From positions 5,408,001 to 5,472,000 of the forward strand of contig OZ245006.1 in NCBI GenBank assembly GCA_965223545.1: a stretch of 64,000 bases of DNA, written 5' to 3'. The position numbers and the translations under genes are program-made. Shown in pieces: positions 53,875-62,772 of this stretch. Below the pieces are notes generated by a model. It saw only the letters and a program-made list of their open reading frames with translations, had not been told where the DNA came from and ran no database searches. How positions within the stretch are numbered: the stretch's first letter is position 1; every line of letters begins with the position of its first letter. The DNA comes from Planctomycetota bacterium. Its GTDB lineage: Bacteria > Planctomycetota > UBA1135 > UBA2386.

Positions 53875-54519
53875 ATGGTCAGTAGCCGATACAGTCGCGA
53901 AGTGTTCGACAGCATCGTTAAGCGATCTGTCAAGAGACGCGCTGTTAGTGAAGAGGACTGGATAGTCATATTGCGGGCCATCGAAGAGGATGGTGACGCT
54001 GGATGGAACGCAAGCGAGTGCTTGGCGTGGCTTTGTGTTAGCATGAAACGGGGAAAGGGGAGGGAAGACCTCTTAGGGAGGTTGTTCGAGATGGGTGAGA
54101 ACGGTACCTTTGAGGAAAGATTTGCTGTGTGCTCTGTTGCCTTGTCTCTAGATGTTCCTCGGGAAGTGGCGGTGCCAATTATTCGAACAGCGATAGCGGA
54201 TAAAAGAAAAGAGGTGCGTGAGAGAGCTGTAAGCGGCGTATTCATGCATTGGATAACCACGTTGGATCCCGCGTGGGAAGAAGCGCTGCTCCCGGCGCTA
54301 GAGAAGGCGCACGCGAAAGAACGGGACAAACGGGTCCATCGACGAATCCTGGACCTAATGAAGAACGGTCATCACATTTACGAGCGCAACGGAGCGCACT
54401 ACATCATTGTGAGATCGGCGAGTGCGGTTGCCTACAAGATGCTCGAGAACGGCGAGCAGGATTGGCCGGAGAACAAGCTGAAGCGGTTTGTGGCACGGAT
54501 AGCGCGTCAGATGGGGTGA
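53875..54519 (+). CDS. Hypothetical HEAT-repeat-like protein, low GC
   Basis: ATG after GAGGA; IIRTAIADKRKEVRERAV HEAT-like helix pair; 60 of 120 bases GC in 54121-54240. Confidence 0.65.
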   Translation: MVSSRYSREVFDSIVKRSVKRRAVSEEDWIVILRAIEEDGDAGWNASECLAWLCVSMKRGKGREDLLGRLFEMGENGTFEERFAVCSVALSLDVPREVAVPIIRTAIADKRKEVRERAVSGVFMHWITTLDPAWEEALLPALEKAHAKERDKRVHRRILDLMKNGHHIYERNGAHYIIVRSASAVAYKMLENGEQDWPENKLKRFVARIARQMG

Positions 54520-54887
54520 GGCGACTGCACCTCGCGGACGGTCGCGTATGCCGCGGGCGAGTGGGCAGCTTCTCAGGTAGCTCATCGCTGGTCAGTCGGC
54601 CAACAGTCCCGGCCAAGCAGGGAGAGAGTTTCTGCCAGGCGGGGAATGCAGCGCAGTCAGGAACAGCGGCTACGGCTCGAACATGTGTCCGCGCTGTTCG
54701 GCGCGGCCCGCAGGAGCGCCGTAGTTCGGTAGGAGGAACTCACGTGGTCACGTGGTTCCGAGAAACCACCTTCCCGCGGCAACCGACCGCCGTCGAAAGC
54801 GTGGATGAGGCTGGGTCAGCGCACGTTGCAGCCCGCTGTCCGACCTGAGCTCAGAGAGGAGAGAAGCACTGGGCCCAACAGCAAGAA

Positions 54888-54929
54888 AATAGACCACACT
54901 TGTAGTCAAGACTACAAGTGTGGTCTATT
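54888..54929. promoter_or_regulatory. Double BlaI/MecI/CopY-type operator forming a perfect 20-bp inverted repeat
   Basis: AATAGACCACACTTGTAGTC-AA-GACTACAAGTGTGGTCTATT; each arm holds a (T/C)ACA-NN-TGT(A/G) box; directly upstream of the repressor. Confidence 0.9.
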
Positions 54930-54937
54930 AGGGGGCG

Positions 54938-55315
54938 ATGGCCACCCTACCGAAGATCTCGGACGCCGAGTGGGACGTCATGCACGTGCTGTGGGAGGAG
55001 GGGCCGGTCACGGCCCAGCGCGTGCACGATGCCCTGAGCACGACGAAGTCGTGGTCGGTGCGCACGGTCAAGACGCTGCTGGCGCGCCTGGTCAAGAAGC
55101 GCGCGGCCATCTTCGAGGTCGAGGGCCGGCGCTACCTGTACTCGGCGCGGGTCAGTCGCGCGGCCTGCGTGCGCGCGGAGAGCGCGTCGTTCTTGTCGCG
55201 TGTGTTCGGGGGGGACGCCAGTCCGGCGTTGGCGCATTTCGTCCGTGAGGGCAAGCTGACGCCGGCGGAGATCGAGCGGCTGCGGGCCTTGCTCGATGCG
55301 GAGGACCCGTCGTGA
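54938..55315 (+). CDS. BlaI/MecI/CopY family repressor
   Basis: ISDAEWDVMHVLW, TVKTLLARLVKK, GRRYLY. Confidence 0.95.
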   Translation: MATLPKISDAEWDVMHVLWEEGPVTAQRVHDALSTTKSWSVRTVKTLLARLVKKRAAIFEVEGRRYLYSARVSRAACVRAESASFLSRVFGGDASPALAHFVREGKLTPAEIERLRALLDAEDPS

Positions 55316-57585
55316 GTCCGGTTCTCGAGTGGCTGGTCGCCGCGTCGTTGCACGTCGCGTGGTTGGTCGCGGTCTTGGTTGTCGTGGAGCGATTCACGGG
55401 CCGTTGGCTGACCCCGGGCTGGCGTTACGGGCTGTGGCTCTTGGTGTTCGCGCGCCTGGTGCTGCCCGGCGTGCTTCCCTTGACCGCGGGCGGCCCAGGG
55501 TCGCGGCTGGCGTCGCTTTGGGCGACGGACCCGTCGCCGCCGGTGGCTGTGCGAAGGTCCTCTCCTGCGTCCATGCCCCCCAGCTCTCGTCCGCCGGCAC
55601 GCTCGGCGCCGCGGCGAGTGCCTTCGCCCGTTCTCGAGCCGATGCGGGACGAAGCGGTCGCGGCAGCGCCGGGCCGCGCGGTCGCCGCGCCGGCGCCGCC
55701 CTCGGCAGCGCCCTCGGCACTGGTCTCCTCCCCGCCGGACCGAGCCGCACCAGTGCCAGCCCTCACCGCCACCGGTGCGTGGCTCGGCGTCGCCTGGCTG
55801 CTGGGTGCCGGCTTGCTGATGGCGCGCGCGCTGCTGCGCACGCGGCGGCTCACCGTCCGCCTGACCGGAGCCCGGCCGATCCGGGAGCCGGCGGTGCTCG
55901 CGGCGCTCGCCGATGCCCGCGCCGCGCTCGGCGTGCGCCGGTCGGTCGCCGTGCTCGAGACCGATGCGGTCGACGCTCCGGCGGTCACCGGCTGGCGGAG
56001 GCCGCGCGTGCTGATGCCGCCGGGCCTGGCGCAGCGGTTGACTCCGGCCGAGCTGCGGCACGTGCTGGCGCACGAGCTGGCGCATGTGCGCCACGGCGAT
56101 GTCGCCACTGGGCTGATGCTGCACCTGCTCGCGTGCGTCTACTGGTTCCACCCGCTGGTGTGGCTGGCGCTGCGCCGGATCACCGCAGCGCGCGAATCGC
56201 TCCGCGATTGGAACGCGCTGGCACACGCCGGCCGCCGCGCGGCCGTCCCCTACGCGAACACTTTGTTGAAGCTCTGCGACCGCCGCACCGGTGCCGCCGC
56301 CCCCGCGCTCGGCATGGCGGGATTGCCCCGCGGAGCACGCGACGTGAGATGGAGAATCGTGATGATCAAACAGTTCGGAAACGGCGCCGCTCCCCGGCGT
56401 GGTGCGCTCCTCGGCATCGGCCTGCTCGGCGGCTTGGGTTGGCTCGGGTTCACCGAGCGTGCTGCCACGGCACAAACCGGCCCGGAGCTCGCGCTGACCC
56501 AGGACCCCGCCGCGCCGCTGCGGCGACTGACGGTCGAGCGACCGGAGCCCGAGCCCGAGTGGCGCGCACAGCTGCGTCAGCAGCTGCAGCAGTCGTGCAC
56601 GCTGGACGTCGAGGACGCCCTCGTCCCCGACGTCCTGGCCGCGCTGCAAGCACAGACCGGCATCAACGTCGTGTTGGTCCCCGCCAGCTTGAGCGAGGAC
56701 CATGGCGATCCGAGGGTCAGCATGCGCGTCGACGGGATGTCGGTGGGGGCTGTCCTCGAGGTCTTGGGCACCGAGCTCGGTGGCGCGCGCGTCTCCCTGT
56801 CGCGCGAGTCCGTCTGCCTGCGCGACGGCTTCGGTGCGGACGAATACGGGGTGTGCTTCTACAAGGTCGCCCCGTTGCTCGACGGCGAGAGCTTCGGCGG
56901 CGAGGAGCTGATCGAGGCGATCCGCGAGTTCGTCGAACCGCAACGTGAATGGACGTGGGACAACGGACAGATCTACCTCTGGAACGAGGTGTTGATCGTC
57001 TCCCAGACGCCGGAGATGCACGAGGCGATCGGCGCGTTCTTGAATCGGCTGCTCAACCGCGGCGCCGAGCCACCAAGGCCCGCCGATCCGTGGCGCGCGC
57101 GCGTCGAAGAGGTGTTGGCCGCGGAGACCGGCGTCAACGCCGAGTCGACTCCGGCGCGCCAACTGGTGGGCGAGCTCGGCGCGCGGCACGGTTTGGCGAT
57201 CACCATCGACCCCGACTTCGAGGACGCCGAGATCACGCTGCAAATGGCCGGCGTGCGGCTCCGGTCGGCGTTGGAGTTGATCGCCGATCAGCTCGACTGC
57301 GGCGTCGCCGTGCGCGGAGGTGCGGTCTATCTCGGACATTGCGCGGGCGACACCGAGCTCGAGTTCTACGACGTCAGCACGCTGCTGGCGCGCGGCGACC
57401 AGGACGAGGCCGAGACCCATGAGATGATCGGTTCGCTGATCGAGAGCCAGGTCGTGCCGGAGGCGTGGGGCGACTGGTCGAGTCACCGTTTGTGGCGCGA
57501 CCTGCTGCTGGTGCGCACGGCGCCCGAGGCACACGCCAAGATCGACAAGCTGCTCGGCGCGCTGCGCCGGGCGTTCGGCGAATAG
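55312..57585 (+). CDS. BlaR1-like M56 metallopeptidase with secretin-N-like periplasmic repeats
   Basis: RYGLWLLV, HELAH, YWFHPLVW; C-terminal two STN-like plus N3-like units (LIVSQTPEMH, LLVRTAPEAH). Confidence 0.88.
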   Translation: MSPVLEWLVAASLHVAWLVAVLVVVERFTGRWLTPGWRYGLWLLVFARLVLPGVLPLTAGGPGSRLASLWATDPSPPVAVRRSSPASMPPSSRPPARSAPRRVPSPVLEPMRDEAVAAAPGRAVAAPAPPSAAPSALVSSPPDRAAPVPALTATGAWLGVAWLLGAGLLMARALLRTRRLTVRLTGARPIREPAVLAALADARAALGVRRSVAVLETDAVDAPAVTGWRRPRVLMPPGLAQRLTPAELRHVLAHELAHVRHGDVATGLMLHLLACVYWFHPLVWLALRRITAARESLRDWNALAHAGRRAAVPYANTLLKLCDRRTGAAAPALGMAGLPRGARDVRWRIVMIKQFGNGAAPRRGALLGIGLLGGLGWLGFTERAATAQTGPELALTQDPAAPLRRLTVERPEPEPEWRAQLRQQLQQSCTLDVEDALVPDVLAALQAQTGINVVLVPASLSEDHGDPRVSMRVDGMSVGAVLEVLGTELGGARVSLSRESVCLRDGFGADEYGVCFYKVAPLLDGESFGGEELIEAIREFVEPQREWTWDNGQIYLWNEVLIVSQTPEMHEAIGAFLNRLLNRGAEPPRPADPWRARVEEVLAAETGVNAESTPARQLVGELGARHGLAITIDPDFEDAEITLQMAGVRLRSALELIADQLDCGVAVRGGAVYLGHCAGDTELEFYDVSTLLARGDQDEAETHEMIGSLIESQVVPEAWGDWSSHRLWRDLLLVRTAPEAHAKIDKLLGALRRAFGE

Positions 57586-57623
57586 GGCGACGTCACCGGC
57601 GCGGATTGTGGTCGAATGGCCGC

Positions 57624-58634
57624 GTGCCCGAGCCGATCACCGACGAGGCGCAGCTCGACGAGCTGCTCTCCCGACCGGACGACGTCGTGCGGAAAGCGCT
57701 GGCCGACATCGACGGGCCGCTGCTGGTGCTCGGCGCCGGCGGCAAGATGGGGCCGACGCTGGCCCGGATGGCGCGGCGAGCCGGTGCCGAGGTGGTCGCA
57801 GTATCGCGATTCACCGACCCCGCAGTCGCCGCCGGGCTGAGCGCACACGGCGTTCGCGTACACCGCGCCGATCTGCTTCGGCGCGACGCGGTGTGGCAGT
57901 TGCCCGACGCGGGCGCAGTGATCTTCATGGCCGGTGCCAAGTTCGGCACGCGGTCGGCGCCGCACCGGACCTGGGCGTGCAACGCGTGGCTTCCAGGCCT
58001 GGTGGCCGAGCGCTACGAAGGGGTTCCGACCGTGGTGTTCTCCAGCGGCAACGTTTATCCGCTGATGCCGCGTGGCGGACCCGGGGCTGACGAGGCCACC
58101 TCGCCGGCGCCGACCGGCGAGTACGCCTGGTCGGTGTTGGCGCGCGAGCGCATGTTCGAGCGCGCCGCCGCCGAGCGCGCTACCCCGGTGCTGTTGTTTC
58201 GGCTCAACTACGCCGTCGAGCTGCGCTACGGCGTCCTGGTCGACATCGCCGACGCCGTGCGCGGGCGGCGCCCGGTCGACGTTCGCATGGGGGCGGTCAA
58301 CGTGCTGTGGCAGGGTGATGCCAACCGCTACGCGCTCGCGGCGTTGGCGCAGTGCGCGGCGCCGGCGGCGGTGCTCAACGCGACCGGTGCGGAGGTGTTG
58401 TCCGTGCGCCAGCTGGCCAGCGCCCTGGGGGATCGGTTGGGCGAGACGCCCGTGCTGGAGGGGGTCGAGGAGCAGTCCGCCCTGCTCGCCGATGCGCGGC
58501 GGGCCATCGCGCTGTTCGGGTCGCCCTCGGTGGCGATCGACACCTTGCTCGATTGGACCGCCGACTGGATCGCCCGGGGCGGTGTGACCTGGGGCAAGCC
58601 GACGCACTTCGAGGTGCGCGATGGGAGCTACTGA
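57624..58634 (+). CDS. NAD-dependent epimerase/dehydratase
   Basis: GAGGKMG Rossmann motif, FSSGNVY, GEYAWS, RLNYA. Confidence 0.88.
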   Translation: MPEPITDEAQLDELLSRPDDVVRKALADIDGPLLVLGAGGKMGPTLARMARRAGAEVVAVSRFTDPAVAAGLSAHGVRVHRADLLRRDAVWQLPDAGAVIFMAGAKFGTRSAPHRTWACNAWLPGLVAERYEGVPTVVFSSGNVYPLMPRGGPGADEATSPAPTGEYAWSVLARERMFERAAAERATPVLLFRLNYAVELRYGVLVDIADAVRGRRPVDVRMGAVNVLWQGDANRYALAALAQCAAPAAVLNATGAEVLSVRQLASALGDRLGETPVLEGVEEQSALLADARRAIALFGSPSVAIDTLLDWTADWIARGGVTWGKPTHFEVRDGSY

Positions 58635-59694
58635 GGTGGCTGCCGCGCAGCTGCGCCGAGAGACCGCGGCCCGGCTCCGCGCCGGCTTGGCGATCCCCGC
58701 GCACCCACTCGCGCTGGACGCCGAGCGCCGGTTCGACGAGACCGCCCAGCGGGCGCTCACGCGCTACTACTTGGCGGCCGGCGCCGGTGGGTTGGCGGTG
58801 GCGGTGCACACCACGCAGTTTGCGCTGCGTCGACACGGCCTGTTGCGGCCGGTGCTGGAGCTCGCGGCCGAGACCGCGCGCGCGCACGGTGCGGTGGCGC
58901 CGCCGGTGATGATCGCCGGGGTGTGCGGCGACACCACGACGGCGGTGGCCGAGGCGGCGTTGGCCCGCGACCTCGGCTACGATCTCGCGTTGCTCGGGAT
59001 GCAGGAGCTCGGCGATGCGCCGCAGGACGTCCTGCTCGCGCACGCCGCCGCGGTCGGTGAGGTGCTGCCCCTGTGCGGCTTCTACCTGCAGCCGGCGGTC
59101 GGCGGTCGCGACTTGGACCGCGCGTTCTGGCGCGCCTTCGCCGCGTTGCCGGCGGTGGTCGCCGTCAAGCTGGCGCCGTTCGATCGGTATCGGACTCTGG
59201 CCGCGGTGCACGGCATCGCCGAGTCGGGGCGCGCGGCCGAGATCGCGCTCTACACCGGCAACGACGATCACATCGTCCACGATTTGCTGGCGCGCTACCG
59301 CACCGTGGTCGGCGGCGGGGTTGTGGAGCAGCGCTTCGCCGGTGGGCTGTTGGGCCACTGGGCGGTGTGGACCGAGCGCGCCGCCGCGCTGCGCGCCCGC
59401 TTGGCCGCGCACGCGCGGCAGCCGGACGCCGGCATGGACGTCGCGCGCCTGGCCGTCGAGGTCACCGACTGCAACGCCGCCCTGTTCGATGCCGCCAACG
59501 GGTTCGACGGCTGTATCGCCGGTCTGCACTACGTGTTGCACGGTCAAGGCCTGCTGACCGCTCCGCACACGTTGGATCCCGCCGAGGGCCTGTCCCCCGG
59601 CCAGGCAGCCGAGATCGAGCGCGTCCGGCGCGACCATCCCCACCTGGTCGACGACGCCTTCGTCGCCGCGCACCGCGACGAATGGCTGCGCTGA
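58621..59694 (+). CDS. Dihydrodipicolinate synthase family (class I aldolase-like) protein
   Basis: IPAHPLAL, VHTTQF, FYLQPAVGG, Schiff-base Lys in AVKLAPF, YTGNDD. Confidence 0.88.
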   Translation: MGATEVAAAQLRRETAARLRAGLAIPAHPLALDAERRFDETAQRALTRYYLAAGAGGLAVAVHTTQFALRRHGLLRPVLELAAETARAHGAVAPPVMIAGVCGDTTTAVAEAALARDLGYDLALLGMQELGDAPQDVLLAHAAAVGEVLPLCGFYLQPAVGGRDLDRAFWRAFAALPAVVAVKLAPFDRYRTLAAVHGIAESGRAAEIALYTGNDDHIVHDLLARYRTVVGGGVVEQRFAGGLLGHWAVWTERAAALRARLAAHARQPDAGMDVARLAVEVTDCNAALFDAANGFDGCIAGLHYVLHGQGLLTAPHTLDPAEGLSPGQAAEIERVRRDHPHLVDDAFVAAHRDEWLR

Positions 59695-59759
59695 CGCCTG
59701 GCCCGGTAGAATCGTGCATCCAGTGCGGCGGTGGTGGCGAATCCTCCCTCACCTCGATC

Positions 59760-61856
59760 ATGCTCAGCCCCTCTGCTCTGTCGCGGTTGGCACCGCTTGC
59801 CCTCCCCGCTCTTCTCGCCGGACTCTTCAGGGCGCAAGACCCCCCGCCCCCTCCGGGCGGTTTTCCGGTGCTCGAGCAGCTCGACCAGCTGCTGACCTAT
59901 GCCGATGGCTACCGCACGCGCTACGACCTTCGGCTGCCGGACCCGGCGCAGATCGCGCCGCCGGCGGGTGGTTGGCCGTGCATCGCGCTGGTGCACGGCT
60001 TCAGCGGGGCACGCAGCCTGTTTGCCTTGACCGGCGAGGGCCGCCGCCATGCCGAGCGCGGCTACATCACCGTGGCCTACGACGTGCGCGGGCAGGGCCA
60101 GGCCCGGGGCCTCAACCCCAACCGCGGCACGCTGGTCACGGGCGCGTTCGAGCGCGCCGATTTGGCCGAGTTGTTCCACCAGATCGAGGCGCGGCTCGGA
60201 TCGGTCATGGACTTCGGCCGCTTGGTGGTGATGGGGACCTCGCAGGGGGGTGACCACGCGTGGGCGGCAGCGGCGATGAGCGGCCGGCTGATGCCGCAGC
60301 CGCGCGGGTCGATCACGACCTTTCCGGTGATCGCCGCAGTGTGCCCGCGCGCCGGCTCGCCCGACCTCGCCGAGGTGTGGAATCCCGATGGCGCCGCCTT
60401 TGCCGGCAACTTCACGCGCGGTTGGTTCCAGTCGAACGCGATCTACGAGCCCTCGTTTCAGGCTCAGCTGCAGCAGCAGTTCCTGGCGCAGGACTTCGCC
60501 GGCCTCGCCAACCTGATGCGCAACGACCCGTGGCGTCAGGACGTTGCCCTGTTGCCGCAGAGCCGCGTGCCGGTGTTCGTCAACTACTCGTGGGATGATG
60601 CCTTCGTGCCGGAGAACATCGCCCTCGACGGTCTCGCGCTACTGCCGCCGAGCACGCCGCGGCTCGCGTACCTGAGCACCGGAATCCACGGCACCGCGAC
60701 CAACCAGCTCGAAGCGGCGACCACCGACCGGCTGACCGAGCGCTGGCTCGACCGCATGGTCAAGGGCTTCGCCGACGAGATCGATCGCCAGCCGCCGTAC
60801 CGCGCGGCGGTGATCCCCGCCAACCCGGCGGCCGCGGTTGCCGCCAACAGCGTGTGGCAGCTGCGCGACATGGATGCGTTTCCCGGCACCGGCGTCGCTC
60901 CGACAGTGCTCTACCTGCGCGCGGGCGGAAGACTGTTGGCGACTCCGCCGGCTGCTGCCGAGGCGCCCGACCGCGTCCGGCACCAGGTCGCCGCGGGCTT
61001 CGACCCGCAGGCGTGGGTGCAGACGAGCAATCAAACGGCGGCGGTCTTCGGCGGCGTGCCCTTCGACTCGGTGAGCTATCGTGGCGACCCGCTACCGGCG
61101 CCGGTGGAGCTCTTGGGGCGGGGGCGGATCCGGCTGCACGTCACCTCGAACGCGGCCAACCTCCAGCTCCACGTCGCGCTGTTCGACGAGACCCCTGCTG
61201 GCGAGCGTCGCTACATCACCGGCGGCTACCGCTGCATTCGCGGCCGCGCGCCGGGCACCGCCGCCTACGACTTGGAGACGCGCGGCACCGCTTACGTGAT
61301 TCCGGCGGGTCACCGGTGGGTGGTGGCGGTCGAGAACCACACCTGGCATCGGCCGGTCGGGATCGACGAGCTGCGCACCGTGCCCTACTTCGAGAGCTAC
61401 GTGTTCGACTGCGAGCACACCAACCTGCTGCCGTCGTCGGTTGCGCTGCCGCTCACCGCGCCACGGCTGGGTGCGCGCAGCGCCTCGGTCGCGCTGTCGG
61501 CGGCGGCTGGCGGGACCATCGACGTGCCCCTCGACGGCTCGGTGAGCCGCGCCGCCGACCCCTATGTCGTCCTCGTCGGTCTGTCGGGGACCGTGCCGGG
61601 CTTCGGTTTTGCCGGCCAGTCGGTCCCGCTCAACGTGGACGCCCTCACGCAGCTGGCGTTGACGGCGCCGACCACTCCGCCGTTCGCCGGCTTCGTCGGC
61701 GTGCTGGATGGCGCTGGGAGGGCGACGGCGCGACTGGCGGCTGCGCCGGGCCTTCTCGTGCCCGTCGCTGGCGGCAGACTGTCGTTCTGTGCTGGAGTGT
61801 TCGGCGGCTCGGGATTGGCGCTGTCGGCGGCGAGCCAAGTCGACGTCACGCCGTAA
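59760..61856 (+). CDS. Secreted CocE/NonD (S15)-like hydrolase with recurrent C-terminal domain
   Basis: Signal peptide; YDVRGQG, GTSQGG, WDD, GIH; jelly-roll AYVIPAGHR. Confidence 0.82.
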   Translation: MLSPSALSRLAPLALPALLAGLFRAQDPPPPPGGFPVLEQLDQLLTYADGYRTRYDLRLPDPAQIAPPAGGWPCIALVHGFSGARSLFALTGEGRRHAERGYITVAYDVRGQGQARGLNPNRGTLVTGAFERADLAELFHQIEARLGSVMDFGRLVVMGTSQGGDHAWAAAAMSGRLMPQPRGSITTFPVIAAVCPRAGSPDLAEVWNPDGAAFAGNFTRGWFQSNAIYEPSFQAQLQQQFLAQDFAGLANLMRNDPWRQDVALLPQSRVPVFVNYSWDDAFVPENIALDGLALLPPSTPRLAYLSTGIHGTATNQLEAATTDRLTERWLDRMVKGFADEIDRQPPYRAAVIPANPAAAVAANSVWQLRDMDAFPGTGVAPTVLYLRAGGRLLATPPAAAEAPDRVRHQVAAGFDPQAWVQTSNQTAAVFGGVPFDSVSYRGDPLPAPVELLGRGRIRLHVTSNAANLQLHVALFDETPAGERRYITGGYRCIRGRAPGTAAYDLETRGTAYVIPAGHRWVVAVENHTWHRPVGIDELRTVPYFESYVFDCEHTNLLPSSVALPLTAPRLGARSASVALSAAAGGTIDVPLDGSVSRAADPYVVLVGLSGTVPGFGFAGQSVPLNVDALTQLALTAPTTPPFAGFVGVLDGAGRATARLAAAPGLLVPVAGGRLSFCAGVFGGSGLALSAASQVDVTP

Positions 61857-61944
61857 GCGGACCGCGCGCACCACGCGTCTGCGTTCGGTCGGTGCAGCGC
61901 ATTTGGCGTGCCGATCACGTCCGCTCGCGGCGGGAGTCGCTACA

Positions 61945-62772
61945 TTGACGACGGTGGTCGAGCCGGTTGAGTCCGTCGGTAGTGCATCGAGATTGGCCGT
62001 GGGTGCGGATGCGCAGCTGCCTCAACCCCACCACCTGCTGGCTTCCGCCAGCGGCACCCGACACCTCCACTTCGGCCTGTTTGCCACTGGCGCCGAGCCC
62101 TTGCCGGGCGCGATGGAGTCGACGGCACTGGTCGCCGCGCGCAGGATCGGGCCGGGGACCCGCGTCCTCGACTTGGGTTGTGGCTTGGGCGGCACCACCA
62201 TGGCGTTGCTCCGGCGTGGATTGGATGCGTGGGGCATCGATCCATCACCGGCGCTGATCGAGGCGGCCCGTCGACATCCCGCCGCCGCAGGTACGCCGCT
62301 TGGGCAACGCATCGCGACGGGAACCCTGTTCGACGGCGCACTGCGCGGCAGGTTTGGCGCCTTGGTGCAGATCGAAGTGCTGCAGTTCTTTCCCGACCTG
62401 CGGGCGCTCGTGCGTGGCTGGGCCGAGTGTCTCGCGGGCGACAGCGCCTCGGTGGTCATCGTGGACGTGTTCGCCGCGGTCGCAAGGGATTGGCGGCGCG
62501 TGCCGTTCCATCCCGTGGACCGGTTGCGCGCCGCAGCCCGCCCGTTCTTCGAGCTCGTGGAGCAGGTCGATTTGACGAAATCGGCGTTGCCGACCATGCC
62601 ACGCCTCAACTCCGTGCTCAGCGCGAATCGAGCCGCTTTCTGCTCGGCGTTCGCGCCGCGGAACGGTGTCGCGGAGGACATCGCGGAGTTGCAGTCGCAG
62701 TTGACCAATCTGCATTGCGCGCTGCGCAACGGTGACCTGAGCTACCGACTCATCGTGCTGAGGAAGCGATGA
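61945..62772 (+). CDS. Class I SAM-dependent methyltransferase
   Basis: HLHFGLF, RVLDLGCGLGG, GIDPS; start codon uncertain. Confidence 0.8.
   Translation: MTTVVEPVESVGSASRLAVGADAQLPQPHHLLASASGTRHLHFGLFATGAEPLPGAMESTALVAARRIGPGTRVLDLGCGLGGTTMALLRRGLDAWGIDPSPALIEAARRHPAAAGTPLGQRIATGTLFDGALRGRFGALVQIEVLQFFPDLRALVRGWAECLAGDSASVVIVDVFAAVARDWRRVPFHPVDRLRAAARPFFELVEQVDLTKSALPTMPRLNSVLSANRAAFCSAFAPRNGVAEDIAELQSQLTNLHCALRNGDLSYRLIVLRKR

Noticed and set aside
53511..53885. 124-aa ORF as a functional gene
   Set aside because: Only its last part resembles a protein (paralog remnant); the rest has no recognisable features.
54938..57585. Beta-lactam resistance locus
   Set aside because: No beta-lactamase and no penicillin-binding sensor domain.
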